Shown here: in pieces, positions 9,857-17,722 of the stretch
Layout: each line of letters starts with the position of its first letter
Position numbering within the stretch: position 1 is the first letter of the stretch
The notes under the pieces: generated by a model
The model's database searches: none
Seen by the model: the letters and a program-made list of their open reading frames with translations, nothing else
What the model was told of the DNA's origin: nothing
Position numbers and translations under genes: made by a program
DNA from: Patescibacteria group bacterium
GTDB lineage: Bacteria > Patescibacteriota > UBA1384 > JACPKC01
Reading direction: 5' to 3'
DNA: 64,000 nucleotides
Assembly: GCA_050944875.1 (NCBI GenBank)
Contig: JBMNRW010000003.1
Span: 32,260-96,259, forward strand

Positions 9857-9890
9857 GCGCCCATCCCCTTGTCGGGGTGGGCGCTTTTCT
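9857..9890 (+). terminator. rho-independent terminator
   Basis: GCGCCCATCCCC / GGGGTGGGCGC hairpin followed by TTTTCTTG. Confidence 0.55.
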
Positions 9891-9910
9891 TGTGCTAGAG
9901 TACGTTCGCT

Positions 9911-10867
9911 ATGGTGCTCTTCTTCTACGGCGACGACGCGTACCGGAGTTTTCAGAAGCTCCAGGAGCTGAAGCGGAAGTACGTCGACGCGAGCTTGGGT
10001 GATACGAACCTCGCGCACCTCGACGGCGCGTCGCTCGAGCCGAACGCGCTCGCGGCGGCGCTCCTCGCGCTCCCGTTCCTCGCGAAGACCCGGCTCGTCG
10101 TCTTAGACGGGCTCCTCTCGCGTGGCAGCAAAGAGCTCCAAGAGAAGTTCCTCGACATCCTCCCGAAGCTCCCCGAGTCGACGAACGTCGTCGTGTACGA
10201 GGCCCGGACGCCGGACAAGCGCACGAGCGGGTTTAAGCGGCTCCTCAAGGAGACGAAGGCGCAGGAGTTCGCTGTACTTGAGGGGGCACAGCTCGCGGCG
10301 TGGATCGACGCTGAGCTCGCAGCTCGCGGCGCGACGATCACGCGGTCAGCCAGGGACGAGCTCGTCCGTCGTGCGGACGAGTCGTCGTGGAAGCTCGCGA
10401 CCGAGCTCCAGAAGCTTTCGGCCGCGGTCGCTGACCGGCCGGACGGGGAGCGAGTGATCGACGACGCGCTCGTCCACGATCTCGTCCAGGGCGTGCCGAC
10501 TGAGTCGGTCTTCGCGCTCACCGACGCGCTCGCGAGCGGGAACACCGAGGCAGCACTCGCTCGCCTCCGCGTCCTCCTCGAGCAGGGCGAGAACGCGCAG
10601 CAGCTCGTCGCCTTGCTCGCCTCGACGCTCCGCACTTTCCTCCTCATTCGCGACGCGCTTGATCGGGGTGTTACGCGCGAGCCCGCGATCGCGGACGCCA
10701 CCGGCCTCAAGCCGTTCGTCATCCGGAAGAACCTCGCCGCCGCCCGGGCCCAGTCGTTCGGCGAGCTCGTCGGGCTCATGCGCGCGCTCGCCGAGCTCGA
10801 TGTCGCGACGAAGCGTGGTACAATCGATCCAGAGGTCGGCCTCGAGCTCTTCGTCGCGAAGGCCTGA
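9911..10867 (+). CDS. holA: DNA polymerase III delta subunit
   Basis: 318 aa. N-terminal FYGDDAY and LVVLDG blocks, with the C-terminal helical domain typical of HolA. TGc-TAGAGT box ends 9 nt before the ATG. Confidence 0.7.
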   Translation: MVLFFYGDDAYRSFQKLQELKRKYVDASLGDTNLAHLDGASLEPNALAAALLALPFLAKTRLVVLDGLLSRGSKELQEKFLDILPKLPESTNVVVYEARTPDKRTSGFKRLLKETKAQEFAVLEGAQLAAWIDAELAARGATITRSARDELVRRADESSWKLATELQKLSAAVADRPDGERVIDDALVHDLVQGVPTESVFALTDALASGNTEAALARLRVLLEQGENAQQLVALLASTLRTFLLIRDALDRGVTREPAIADATGLKPFVIRKNLAAARAQSFGELVGLMRALAELDVATKRGTIDPEVGLELFVAKA

Positions 10868-10886
10868 GCGCCGCCCAGGGAGGGTT

Positions 10887-12383
10887 GTGGTTTCCGTCGG
10901 CTTCTACAGCAAGCAGTTCGCGTTCTTCTTCGCCATCGCCGCGTTCGTCGGGGGTGGCTTGTGGTACGTGAACGCGTCACAGACGAGCGAGGCGGCAACC
11001 TCGAAGCACGTCGCGCTCCCGAACACGTCGGTCGCCAGCCTGACGATCAAGGTAATGGACGGCGGGAAGGTGACTGTCGACGGGCAGCGGATCGACGGCC
11101 TCCTCGACTTCATGCCGGACCGCGACGTCCTCTCGTACCAGGCGTTCTCGGGCGACCAGAGCTTCGTGAACCAGCTCACCGTGACCGTCATCCTCCCCCG
11201 TCCGGTTGACCAGTCGGTGGCGATTGCCCGGCACTTCGGGAGCTACGGCGTCACCTACCCTGACCCGGTCTTCGCCACCCCGACAACGGTCGTCTACGTC
11301 GCCGAGAACCTGACGCCGCAGGCTGCCTACCGCCTTGAGCTCGTGCTGCCGAAGGGCGTCGTGAAGCCGTCGCTCGTCGGGCAGGTCGTCGACGGGATTC
11401 GCTACTTGCACCCCGGCGTATGGCTCGGGGTGGCGCTTGGCCTGCCGCTCCTCGCCTCGCTCCTCCTTGCGCTCATGTCTTGGCAGGCGGCGCGCGGCTG
11501 GCGCGGGGCTGCGGTGACCACGCTCGCCGAGACGCCACCGACGGAGGCCGTGCCGGCAGTTGCCGGCGTCCTCATCAACGGCAAGGTGTCGCCCCGCTCG
11601 CTCGCCGCGACCCTGCTCGACCTCGCCCGCCGCGGGTACATCCAGGTCGTCCACCGGGCGGACGGCTTCTCGTTCGGCCGCCGCAAGGCGATTGATCCGG
11701 TGAGCTTGGGCACCGACCCGAACCTCACTCAGTTCGAGCGGCTACTCCTCGACAAGATCTTCACCGGTGAAGCGATCCGCTCGACCGGCGAGGACATCCA
11801 GCTCCGGATCGGCGCCCACGTCTTCTCGCGCAAGGTGGCCGAGAGCTATCTCGAGATGTACGCGGCGGCGATCAAGCAGGGGTGGTTCCTCGAGAATCCG
11901 CAGCTCGTCCAGAAGCGCTGGCGCTTCGCGGCGCTCGTCGTCATGGCGGCCGCGGTCGCGTTCTTTCTCCTGGCGCTCCTCTTCGGGCCGGAGCCGTACT
12001 ACTACACGCTCGGCTTCGCCGGGCTCTTCTTCGTCGGCGCGGTTATGTACCGGGTGACCCCACTCCTCCCCCGCCGGACGAGCCAGGGTGATCAGGCGTA
12101 CCGCGCGTGGGCGGCGTTCAAGAACTACCTCTCGGCCGACGTGCCGGTGAATGCGAAGGCGAACGCGCAGGAGTTGTACGAGCGCTACCTCCCCTACGCC
12201 GTCGTCTTCGGCGTCGAGGTCGAGTGGACCGAGCGGTTCCTCCACCTCCCGTTCCGCGTGCCGGCGTGGTACGCCTCGACGGACAAGATCCACGTCATCG
12301 AAGACTTCGCGAACAACCTCTTCCCCATCGTCGGGTCGGTCGCACAGGACCTCGCCAAGGCGCGCGAGCCGTACGCCGTCTAA
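10887..12383 (+). CDS. DUF2207-like integral membrane protein
   Basis: Long ORF in frame from 10659, overlapping the holA tail. Likely GTG start near 10887 after GGGAGGG. N-terminal TM, large extracytoplasmic domain, TM cluster, and C-terminal YERYLPYAVVFGVEVEW block reminiscent of DUF2207. Confidence 0.5.
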   Translation: MVSVGFYSKQFAFFFAIAAFVGGGLWYVNASQTSEAATSKHVALPNTSVASLTIKVMDGGKVTVDGQRIDGLLDFMPDRDVLSYQAFSGDQSFVNQLTVTVILPRPVDQSVAIARHFGSYGVTYPDPVFATPTTVVYVAENLTPQAAYRLELVLPKGVVKPSLVGQVVDGIRYLHPGVWLGVALGLPLLASLLLALMSWQAARGWRGAAVTTLAETPPTEAVPAVAGVLINGKVSPRSLAATLLDLARRGYIQVVHRADGFSFGRRKAIDPVSLGTDPNLTQFERLLLDKIFTGEAIRSTGEDIQLRIGAHVFSRKVAESYLEMYAAAIKQGWFLENPQLVQKRWRFAALVVMAAAVAFFLLALLFGPEPYYYTLGFAGLFFVGAVMYRVTPLLPRRTSQGDQAYRAWAAFKNYLSADVPVNAKANAQELYERYLPYAVVFGVEVEWTERFLHLPFRVPAWYASTDKIHVIEDFANNLFPIVGSVAQDLAKAREPYAV

Positions 12384-12410
12384 ACGCGCCAGAGACGCGC
12401 ACAAAGAAAG

Positions 12411-12445
12411 AGCGCACCGTGGGTAGGAAACGGTGCGCTTTGTAC
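12411..12445. terminator. bidirectional terminator hairpin
   Basis: AGCGCACCG / CGGTGCGCT stem with T-containing tail. Lies between convergent genes. Confidence 0.45.
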
Positions 12446-12622
12446 GTGTGACGGCTTGCCGTGGCCCTACGGCGTAGGGGCAAGCTCAATGGTCTGAGCG
12501 ACGGCGTATGCATGTAGCGCGCAGCTCGCCGCGAAGGCGAGCCAGGCCACCGTGCTCGTCGGCCAAAGCGTCACCGCGAGAATGCTCCCGCCCAAGGAAA
12601 ACCAGTACGTCAGCCATCTGAG

Positions 12623-12946
12623 CTAGTAGTGGACACGGGCGGTTGGACTCGAGAAATCGAGTCGACGCGACGGGTTTCGGATGAGGTCGATACCTCGGAC
12701 CACGAGGAAGGCGAGGAAGATCGCCAGGCACGCGAGTCCGAGTACCTGGACGCCCCGCTCTGCCGTGGTCTCCAGTGGAAGTTGGTTGGCGACCTGGCTG
12801 CCGAAGTGGCCGAGGGTAATCGCCAGCCCGAAGTCGCTCAGCGCCGCCACCTTGTCAGTCCAGGTGCTCTGCGTTCGCGCGGCGATGACGTCGGTCGTGA
12901 CGTACCCGATGACGCCAAGAAGCGCCAATCCCCCGAGGTAATCCAT
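12623..12946 (-). CDS. small integral membrane protein; reading frame continues past an in-frame TAG (see findings)
   Basis: 107-aa ORF with two hydrophobic helices. Downstream in-frame segment 12470..12622 also has high GC3 and TM-like sequence. Confidence 0.45.
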   Translation of the reverse strand: MDYLGGLALLGVIGYVTTDVIAARTQSTWTDKVAALSDFGLAITLGHFGSQVANQLPLETTAERGVQVLGLACLAIFLAFLVVRGIDLIRNPSRRLDFSSPTARVHY

Positions 12947-13016
12947 GGTTGTTCTACTCCCTGGAAAAGGTCAACCCGTCTCGTGCGACGGGCTGTCGGA
13001 GCGAGTGTAGCAGATC

Positions 13017-13628
13017 CTAGTACGCCGGTTGGGCGATCCAGCCGTAGGCGGCGCCGGTCAGTCGCGCCTGCGATTTCCCGATGACGTTGTCGTGGGGGAC
13101 TGGGCCGAAGAACCGCGAGTCGTTCGAGTTCGGCCGGTTGTCACCGACGACGAAGAGCTCGTCGGCGCGGACGACCTTCTCGAGCTCCGGCTCGGTGTAC
13201 AGGTAGTCGGGCAGGTACGGCTCCGGCAGGAGCGCGCCGTTCACGTACACCTTCCCTTGGCTGATCTTCACCGTGTCGCCCGGCAGGCCGATGATCCGCT
13301 TGATGAACTTCCGCTTCTCGGGGTCGCCGGGGAACTCGATCACGACGACGTCGCCGCGCTGGTACGGGCCAATCAGGTACGAGAGGCGGTCGACGAGGAC
13401 GAACTGCCCGTCCTCGAAGTTCGGCACCATGCTCTCGCCGCTAATTCGGAACACGGTCGCCACGAAGAGGTGGACCAGGAGGGCGAGGACGACGAGGACG
13501 ACGAGCCCCTTCAAGAGCTCGAAGCCGTACGAGAGCGCGCGGTAGAGACGTTCGCTCCCGACGAGCTGCCGGCCAATAGGCGCCGGCGCCGCCTGTGTTG
13601 CCTGCCAGGTGGGATCGATCTGCTGCAT
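13017..13628 (-). CDS. lepB: signal peptidase I
   Basis: SGESM catalytic Ser box, KRIIGLPGD Lys box, GDNRPNSNDSR box. N-terminal TM. Confidence 0.85.
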   Translation of the reverse strand: MQQIDPTWQATQAAPAPIGRQLVGSERLYRALSYGFELLKGLVVLVVLALLVHLFVATVFRISGESMVPNFEDGQFVLVDRLSYLIGPYQRGDVVVIEFPGDPEKRKFIKRIIGLPGDTVKISQGKVYVNGALLPEPYLPDYLYTEPELEKVVRADELFVVGDNRPNSNDSRFFGPVPHDNVIGKSQARLTGAAYGWIAQPAY

Positions 13629-13683
13629 ACGTCCATCCTACTGCCAGCGAGTAGAAACGGGAACAGTAGCGACGGGTATCGCG

Positions 13684-14412
13684 CTACCCATAGCGCTTCC
13701 CGAGCTTCCAGAGGATTTCGAAGGTGGTCGTGAGCGTCGCGGTAATTGCTGCAGACTCAATGATGACGGCGTGCATCTCGTCTGCGTAGGAGATGAAGGC
13801 GGTTTTATTGCCCCAGATGGCAACGTTGGCCTGGAACTGCCACTCGGGTGGAGCGAACCGCATCCGGCTGGTTGTGCCGACGTACAGCTGGCCGTACTCC
13901 AGCGTTTCTGGACACCGAGGTACAAGGTCAAATACTCGAATGTTCTTCTCAACGAACTGCTTGGCGAACGTCTGCCAGTCGTCAACGTGCGCGATCCAGT
14001 CGGTCGTGGCACCGAAAAAGCGGAGCTCCTTCGCCTCGGTAATAATTTCTGCGCGCACGGCTTCCAGCGCAGCGTAACCCTCGAAGTACCGGACGGTTGG
14101 TTTGTGCGCCGCACCGCGGTAGAGCCCTTCGAGTTCGGGGATGAGCGCGTCGAGTGCGGCGAGCTTATGTTCGGCGACCGCCTTGAACTGCTGCGGCCGT
14201 ACCGCACTGACGTGTCGCTTGCCGTTGCGCTGTGCGGACGTGACGAACCCTTTCTCCTTAAGTGTTCTCAGGAGATCGTAGGTGTAGGTGCGCGTGAGTT
14301 TTGAGCGTTTGGCCAGTGTGGCTGGCGTCGTTTCGCCAAGGGTGAGGAGGGTGCGGTAAAGCGTCGCCTCGTTTGCGGTAAAGCCAAGCAGGGAGAGGGC
14401 TTCGAGCTTCAT
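13684..14412 (-). CDS. TrmB-family transcriptional regulator
   Basis: N-terminal winged HTH (LSLLGFTANEATLYRTLLTLGETTPATLAKRSKLTRTYTYDLLRTLKEKGFV) plus TrmB-like C-terminal domain. 242 aa. Confidence 0.7.
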   Translation of the reverse strand: MKLEALSLLGFTANEATLYRTLLTLGETTPATLAKRSKLTRTYTYDLLRTLKEKGFVTSAQRNGKRHVSAVRPQQFKAVAEHKLAALDALIPELEGLYRGAAHKPTVRYFEGYAALEAVRAEIITEAKELRFFGATTDWIAHVDDWQTFAKQFVEKNIRVFDLVPRCPETLEYGQLYVGTTSRMRFAPPEWQFQANVAIWGNKTAFISYADEMHAVIIESAAITATLTTTFEILWKLGKRYG

Positions 14413-14423
14413 AGTTGTCAGTA

Positions 14424-14452
14424 AAAATACGACAGATAATCAGGTCTGTCAA
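14424..14452 (-). promoter_or_regulatory. sigma70-like promoter for the TrmB-like gene (TTGACA-17-TATTTT on minus strand)
   Basis: Reverse complement reads TTGACAgacctgattatctgtcgTATTTT, ending 11 nt before the ATG at 14412. Confidence 0.5.
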
Positions 14453-14496
14453 GATGTAACAGGCAAGAGGAAAACTCACAGAGTGTCGTATAGATA

Positions 14497-14525
14497 TTGA
14501 CAGGACGCAGGATTTGTTGTATGAT
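14497..14525 (+). promoter_or_regulatory. near-consensus sigma70 promoter TTGACA-17 nt-TATGAT
   Basis: TTGACAggacgcaggatttgttgTATGAT read directly. Divergent from the TrmB promoter, in an AT-richer intergenic region. Confidence 0.6.
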
Positions 14526-14737
14526 GCCACGTTGCACTAAGAGCTCGTAGAGTTCGAAAAGTGCTGAAACTTTAAAAATAGAAGCGGAACTGCGTGCCGC
14601 TTGCGCCCCAGAGCTGGGCCCTCCCGCAAGGGTAAACTCGTCCGATCACCTGATCGGGCCTGATGCAACAGACGCCGACTGTTGGAACGTAAACTAACCG
14701 AGCGTGGTCTCGCAAACCCACACAGTGCATCGAAGAG

Positions 14738-15102
14738 GTGGAAGCCATGACCCAGAACCAGCGCCGCATGACTCAGGCCATTCACGAGGCGGTGCGCCTC
14801 GCGAGACTTGGCTCCGACCCTCGGGAGTGCATCGCTCCCGAACAATTGGAGCAGCTCCACGAGGTTCTCTCCGCGAAGGAGGAGAGGGAGTGGCAGCAGT
14901 GGCGGGGAGGCTGGATCGCCTCCGCATCACATCGGCTGCCGGGTTCATTGTCCTGGAGGCATTGCCCTCGGGCGTAGCGCCCGACGCCCAGGAATGGGCG
15001 TGGTTCGAGAAGTGGTTGGAATATGGGCGCGAGTCCCTTATATCCGGCCACAAGGTGGACAAGGCGTGTTTCGACACGCTGAAGTCCCACTTCGGCCGTT
15101 AG
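14738..15102 (+). pseudogene. hypothetical gene with apparent -1 frameshift (or sequencing error) in a GGGG run near 14903-14908
   Basis: High-GC3 coding signal switches from the frame of ORF 14738..14977 to the frame of ORF 14704..15102 at tggcggggagg. GAGG lies before GTG 14738 / ATG 14747. Confidence 0.4.
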
Positions 15103-15237
15103 GCTTCAATCCGTCGCTCCACCGGTCAGCTAGAGCACCTGCCTGGATGCGCGGTTGAGCCTCGCTCCCGCCCTAGGCCACGCTATCGCGCCATCTGGTA
15201 CATCCGGGCGGCGCTTTTCTTTTTGCCCTTGAAGCTG

Positions 15238-15246
15238 TGCTAGAAT
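15238..15246 (+). promoter_or_regulatory. extended -10 box TGcTAGAAT
   Basis: Seen directly. 18 nt upstream of the ATG at 15264, with AAAGGAG in between. Confidence 0.4.
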
Positions 15247-15263
15247 CCTTGTAAAGGAGTGCG

Positions 15264-15425
15264 ATGGCGCTTGACAATGCTGACAAGCAGTGGATTGCAC
15301 AGCAGCTCACTGAGCAGTTGCGGAGCCAGGAAGACAGAATCGTGGCTCGGATTAACCGTGAGGTGACGGATCTAGCCGAGATTAATCGCTTAGCACTCGA
15401 CCGTCTCGAGAACCACGAGCACTAA
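15264..15425 (+). CDS. small hypothetical protein (53 aa, predicted helical; not in ORF track)
   Basis: ATG 6 nt after AAAGGAG. Translation MALDNADKQWIAQQLTEQLRSQEDRIVARINREVTDLAEINRLALDRLENHEH. T-rich terminator-like region follows. Confidence 0.4.
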   Translation: MALDNADKQWIAQQLTEQLRSQEDRIVARINREVTDLAEINRLALDRLENHEH

Positions 15426-15442
15426 GTCCGCGATACGTTGAG

Positions 15443-15475
15443 TAGCGCTCCGAGTTAGGTGGCGCTTTTCTCTTG
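15443..15475 (+). terminator. weak hairpin plus T-tract (TTTTCTCTTGTTGTT)
   Basis: AGCGC...GCGCT stem then T-run. Weak call. Confidence 0.3.
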
Positions 15476-15495
15476 TTGTTCCGTATACTGATTGC

Positions 15496-15894
15496 ATGGA
15501 ATCCCAGCACCTCCTCGCCACGATCGGGCAGTACGCGCTTATCCGGAACGGGGAGGGGAAGCTCCTCGTGCTCGAGCGGGCGCGGTCGAAGACCTGGTGC
15601 TTGCCTGGCGGTCGACTGCAGGCGAGCGAAGCGTGGGACGTGGCGCTCCTGCGTGAGATTGCCGAGGAAACGGGTCTTGAGTGCGCAAATCCTCGCCCAG
15701 TTGACGTTGAAGTGGTAACCGATCCCTACCAGACGAAGTACTGCGTGTACTTCGCCCTCGACCCTACCTCGTCACCCGACGTTGTGCTGAGCGACGAGCA
15801 CAACGCGTACCGGTGGATTTCACCTCAAGAGGTGCCGACGCTCCCATTCGAATCAGAGGGGATCCGGACTGCTGCGCAACACCTGCTTGAATAG
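15496..15894 (+). CDS. NUDIX hydrolase
   Basis: Nudix box GGRLQASEAWDVALLREIAEETGL. 132 aa. TATACT box ends 7 nt before the ATG. Confidence 0.8.
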   Translation: MESQHLLATIGQYALIRNGEGKLLVLERARSKTWCLPGGRLQASEAWDVALLREIAEETGLECANPRPVDVEVVTDPYQTKYCVYFALDPTSSPDVVLSDEHNAYRWISPQEVPTLPFESEGIRTAAQHLLE

Positions 15895-15961
15895 GGTAGA
15901 AGGTAAACGCACAAAACGAGCGCTACCGGTGCGGTAGCGCTCGATGTGGTACAATACTTCG

Positions 15962-16303
15962 TTACTTGTCAGCCTTCTTCGTGGTCTTCTTGGCGGCTGG
16001 CTTCTTCGCCGTGGCCTTCTTCTCGGCCTTGGCAGGCTTCTCAGCCTTTGGCGCGACTGCAGCGGTGCGCTTTGCCGTTGGGACGCCGTGCGTTTTCATG
16101 AGCTGCGCCTTCATGCGCGACGCTTTGTTCGCGTGGATGATGTGCTTCTTCGCAGCCTTGTCGACGAGCGACACGGTTGCGGCGAGCGTCTCCAGGGAGA
16201 CGGTCTTGAGTGACTGCTTGAGCTTCGACTTGATCTTCGCACGCTGGATGGTGCGCTTCACAGCCTGGCGGGCAGCCTTAATTGCGGATGAGGTGTTTGC
16301 CAT
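15962..16303 (-). CDS. rpsT: 30S ribosomal protein S20 with Lys/Ala-rich C-terminal extension
   Basis: MANTSSAIKAARQAVKRT...KKHIIHANKASRMKAQL core, then [32 protein letters not shown] tail. Start ATG at 16303 within the longer track ORF. Confidence 0.8.
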   Translation of the reverse strand: MANTSSAIKAARQAVKRTIQRAKIKSKLKQSLKTVSLETLAATVSLVDKAAKKHIIHANKASRMKAQLMKTHGVPTAKRTAAVAPKAEKPAKAEKKATAKKPAAKKTTKKADK

Positions 16304-16501
16304 AACGCGGGAACTATAGCAGGCAGTCGGGCACCTGTAAATACCTACTCTTTGGGTTAGCGTGTGCTGTACGTATGTAGCCGGTTGAATGCACCGCTTT
16401 ACCTGAATGGCGTCCATACTGATTGACAACTGAATACAGTTTCACTAAGGTGCGCTGCTCTTGTCCTAGAACAATACGTGGAAGGGGAACCGGATCGAAC
16501 A

Positions 16502-16933
16502 ATGATCCAGGCACTGATCGTTCTTCTCGGCATTGCCTTGCTCGTCTCCTGCGTTGCTGCCGTCTGGCAGGCGCGGCCGTACGAGCGCCGTTTCTTCTGG
16601 CACGGGGTCATGATCCCGTGCCTCGCCTACTCCGTCTGGCACTACTGGGTGCCGACGACGGCCACACTTCTCGGCATGATTGCGTGCCTCACGGGGGCGT
16701 GGTCGTACTACTGCAGCGCTCGGCGCAGCGTGGACTTCGGGCTTTGGACGTTGCGGGAACGGATGCACTTCCGTCTGAACGCATTCCTGACACTGCTCTT
16801 CCTCGCGCTTGCCACTTGGCTCGGCTACGGCCTCTGGGGTGGCGACACCCCGCGGTCCGACGCTGTGACCAAGGAGCAGGTGCCGACGACGACTGCGCTC
16901 GACGCCACGACGGCTCGGACTGGTGGCCGATGA
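16502..16933 (+). CDS. hypothetical integral membrane protein
   Basis: ATG at 16502 within ORF 16478..16933. About 4 hydrophobic helices. Confidence 0.45.
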   Translation: MIQALIVLLGIALLVSCVAAVWQARPYERRFFWHGVMIPCLAYSVWHYWVPTTATLLGMIACLTGAWSYYCSARRSVDFGLWTLRERMHFRLNAFLTLLFLALATWLGYGLWGGDTPRSDAVTKEQVPTTTALDATTARTGGR

Positions 16934-17586
16934 CCCCGAACCAATTCGGAGACATCGCCGCCGCGTTTCACGCCGAGGGTATTCAGGTGTACGCCTGGGG
17001 CTACTGCTACGGGTTCAAGCCGGAGCTGGAAGCCTCGCGTGCGATCGAGGCGCTCAAGCAGGGTGCCGACGGGTACGTACTGAATGCCGAGACACAGTTC
17101 AAGGCGCCGGGAATGGACCGCGTCGCTACGACGCTCTGCGCGGCGATCCGATCGTACCTCGACGCCCAGCCTCCACCGAGAAAGCTCTTCGCCTTCTCGA
17201 GCTTCGGTTGGGTGGGCTACCACCGGGAGTTCCTGTTCGAGGTCTTCGGGGCGTACTGCGACGCCGCAATGCCCCAGGTGTACTGGAGTATCGCCGGTGT
17301 GGCGCCGCGGACGGCGCTCAGCACCGCGTACGCGAACTGGTGCGCGCTCGAGGCGGACTGGCGGAGTGGCGGCAAGTCCGGCTGCGTCAAGCCGATCATT
17401 TCCGTCGGGAGCGCGCATGGCGGGCGGATCCGCCAGCACGAAGCTGTCGCTGAGACGTCGCCGGAGGAGATGGTGACGTTCGCGGCCGCAGCCGAGGGGT
17501 ACGGCGGCGTCTCCTGGTGGGTGTGGGACGTCATGGATGACGCGCACTGGCGGGTCGTCCGGAAGGTCGCTGCCAACCGGAAGTGA
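16930..17586 (+). CDS. hypothetical protein, possibly TIM-barrel glycoside-hydrolase-like (DUF1906/GH25-like); weak
   Basis: ATG at 16930 overlaps the upstream stop (ATGA). 218 aa, with YAWGYCYG and MPQVYWS blocks. Assignment tentative. Confidence 0.4.
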   Translation: MTPNQFGDIAAAFHAEGIQVYAWGYCYGFKPELEASRAIEALKQGADGYVLNAETQFKAPGMDRVATTLCAAIRSYLDAQPPPRKLFAFSSFGWVGYHREFLFEVFGAYCDAAMPQVYWSIAGVAPRTALSTAYANWCALEADWRSGGKSGCVKPIISVGSAHGGRIRQHEAVAETSPEEMVTFAAAAEGYGGVSWWVWDVMDDAHWRVVRKVAANRK

Positions 17587-17588
17587 GT

Positions 17589-17619
17589 GGCCCGGGCATA
17601 TTGCCCAGGTCTTTTTTTA
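17589..17619 (+). terminator. rho-independent terminator
   Basis: GGCCCGGGCA tat TGCCCAGG hairpin then TCTTTTTTT. Confidence 0.6.
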
Positions 17620-17637
17620 TGGCCGAACTCATCTGTG

Positions 17638-17666
17638 TTGACTTGGTGTACCTCGTTCGGTACGAT
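17638..17666 (+). promoter_or_regulatory. sigma70-like promoter TTGACT-17-TACGAT
   Basis: Read directly. Upstream of the DHH phosphoesterase gene. Confidence 0.5.
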
Positions 17667-17722
17667 GCGCTGTCACGAGAAGGAGGGGATGCATCCCTCG
17701 TATTCGTCGTTCTGGAGAACCA

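Noticed and set aside
10659-10886. 5' extension of the DUF2207-like ORF overlapping the last 70 codons of holA
   Set aside because: The extension translates to low-complexity Ser/Arg/Pro sequence in the wrong frame relative to holA. A GTG after a GGGAGGG run near 10887 is a more plausible start.
17679-17722. Strong purine-rich GAAGGAGGGG adjacent to an ATG at 17689, upstream of the DHH phosphoesterase gene (possible alternative gene or uORF)
   Set aside because: The SD-like run is only 0-3 nt from that ATG. The downstream frame (ORF 17587..18081) gives off-frame-like Arg/Pro-rich sequence with low GC3, whereas the 17723 frame has clear DHH motifs.
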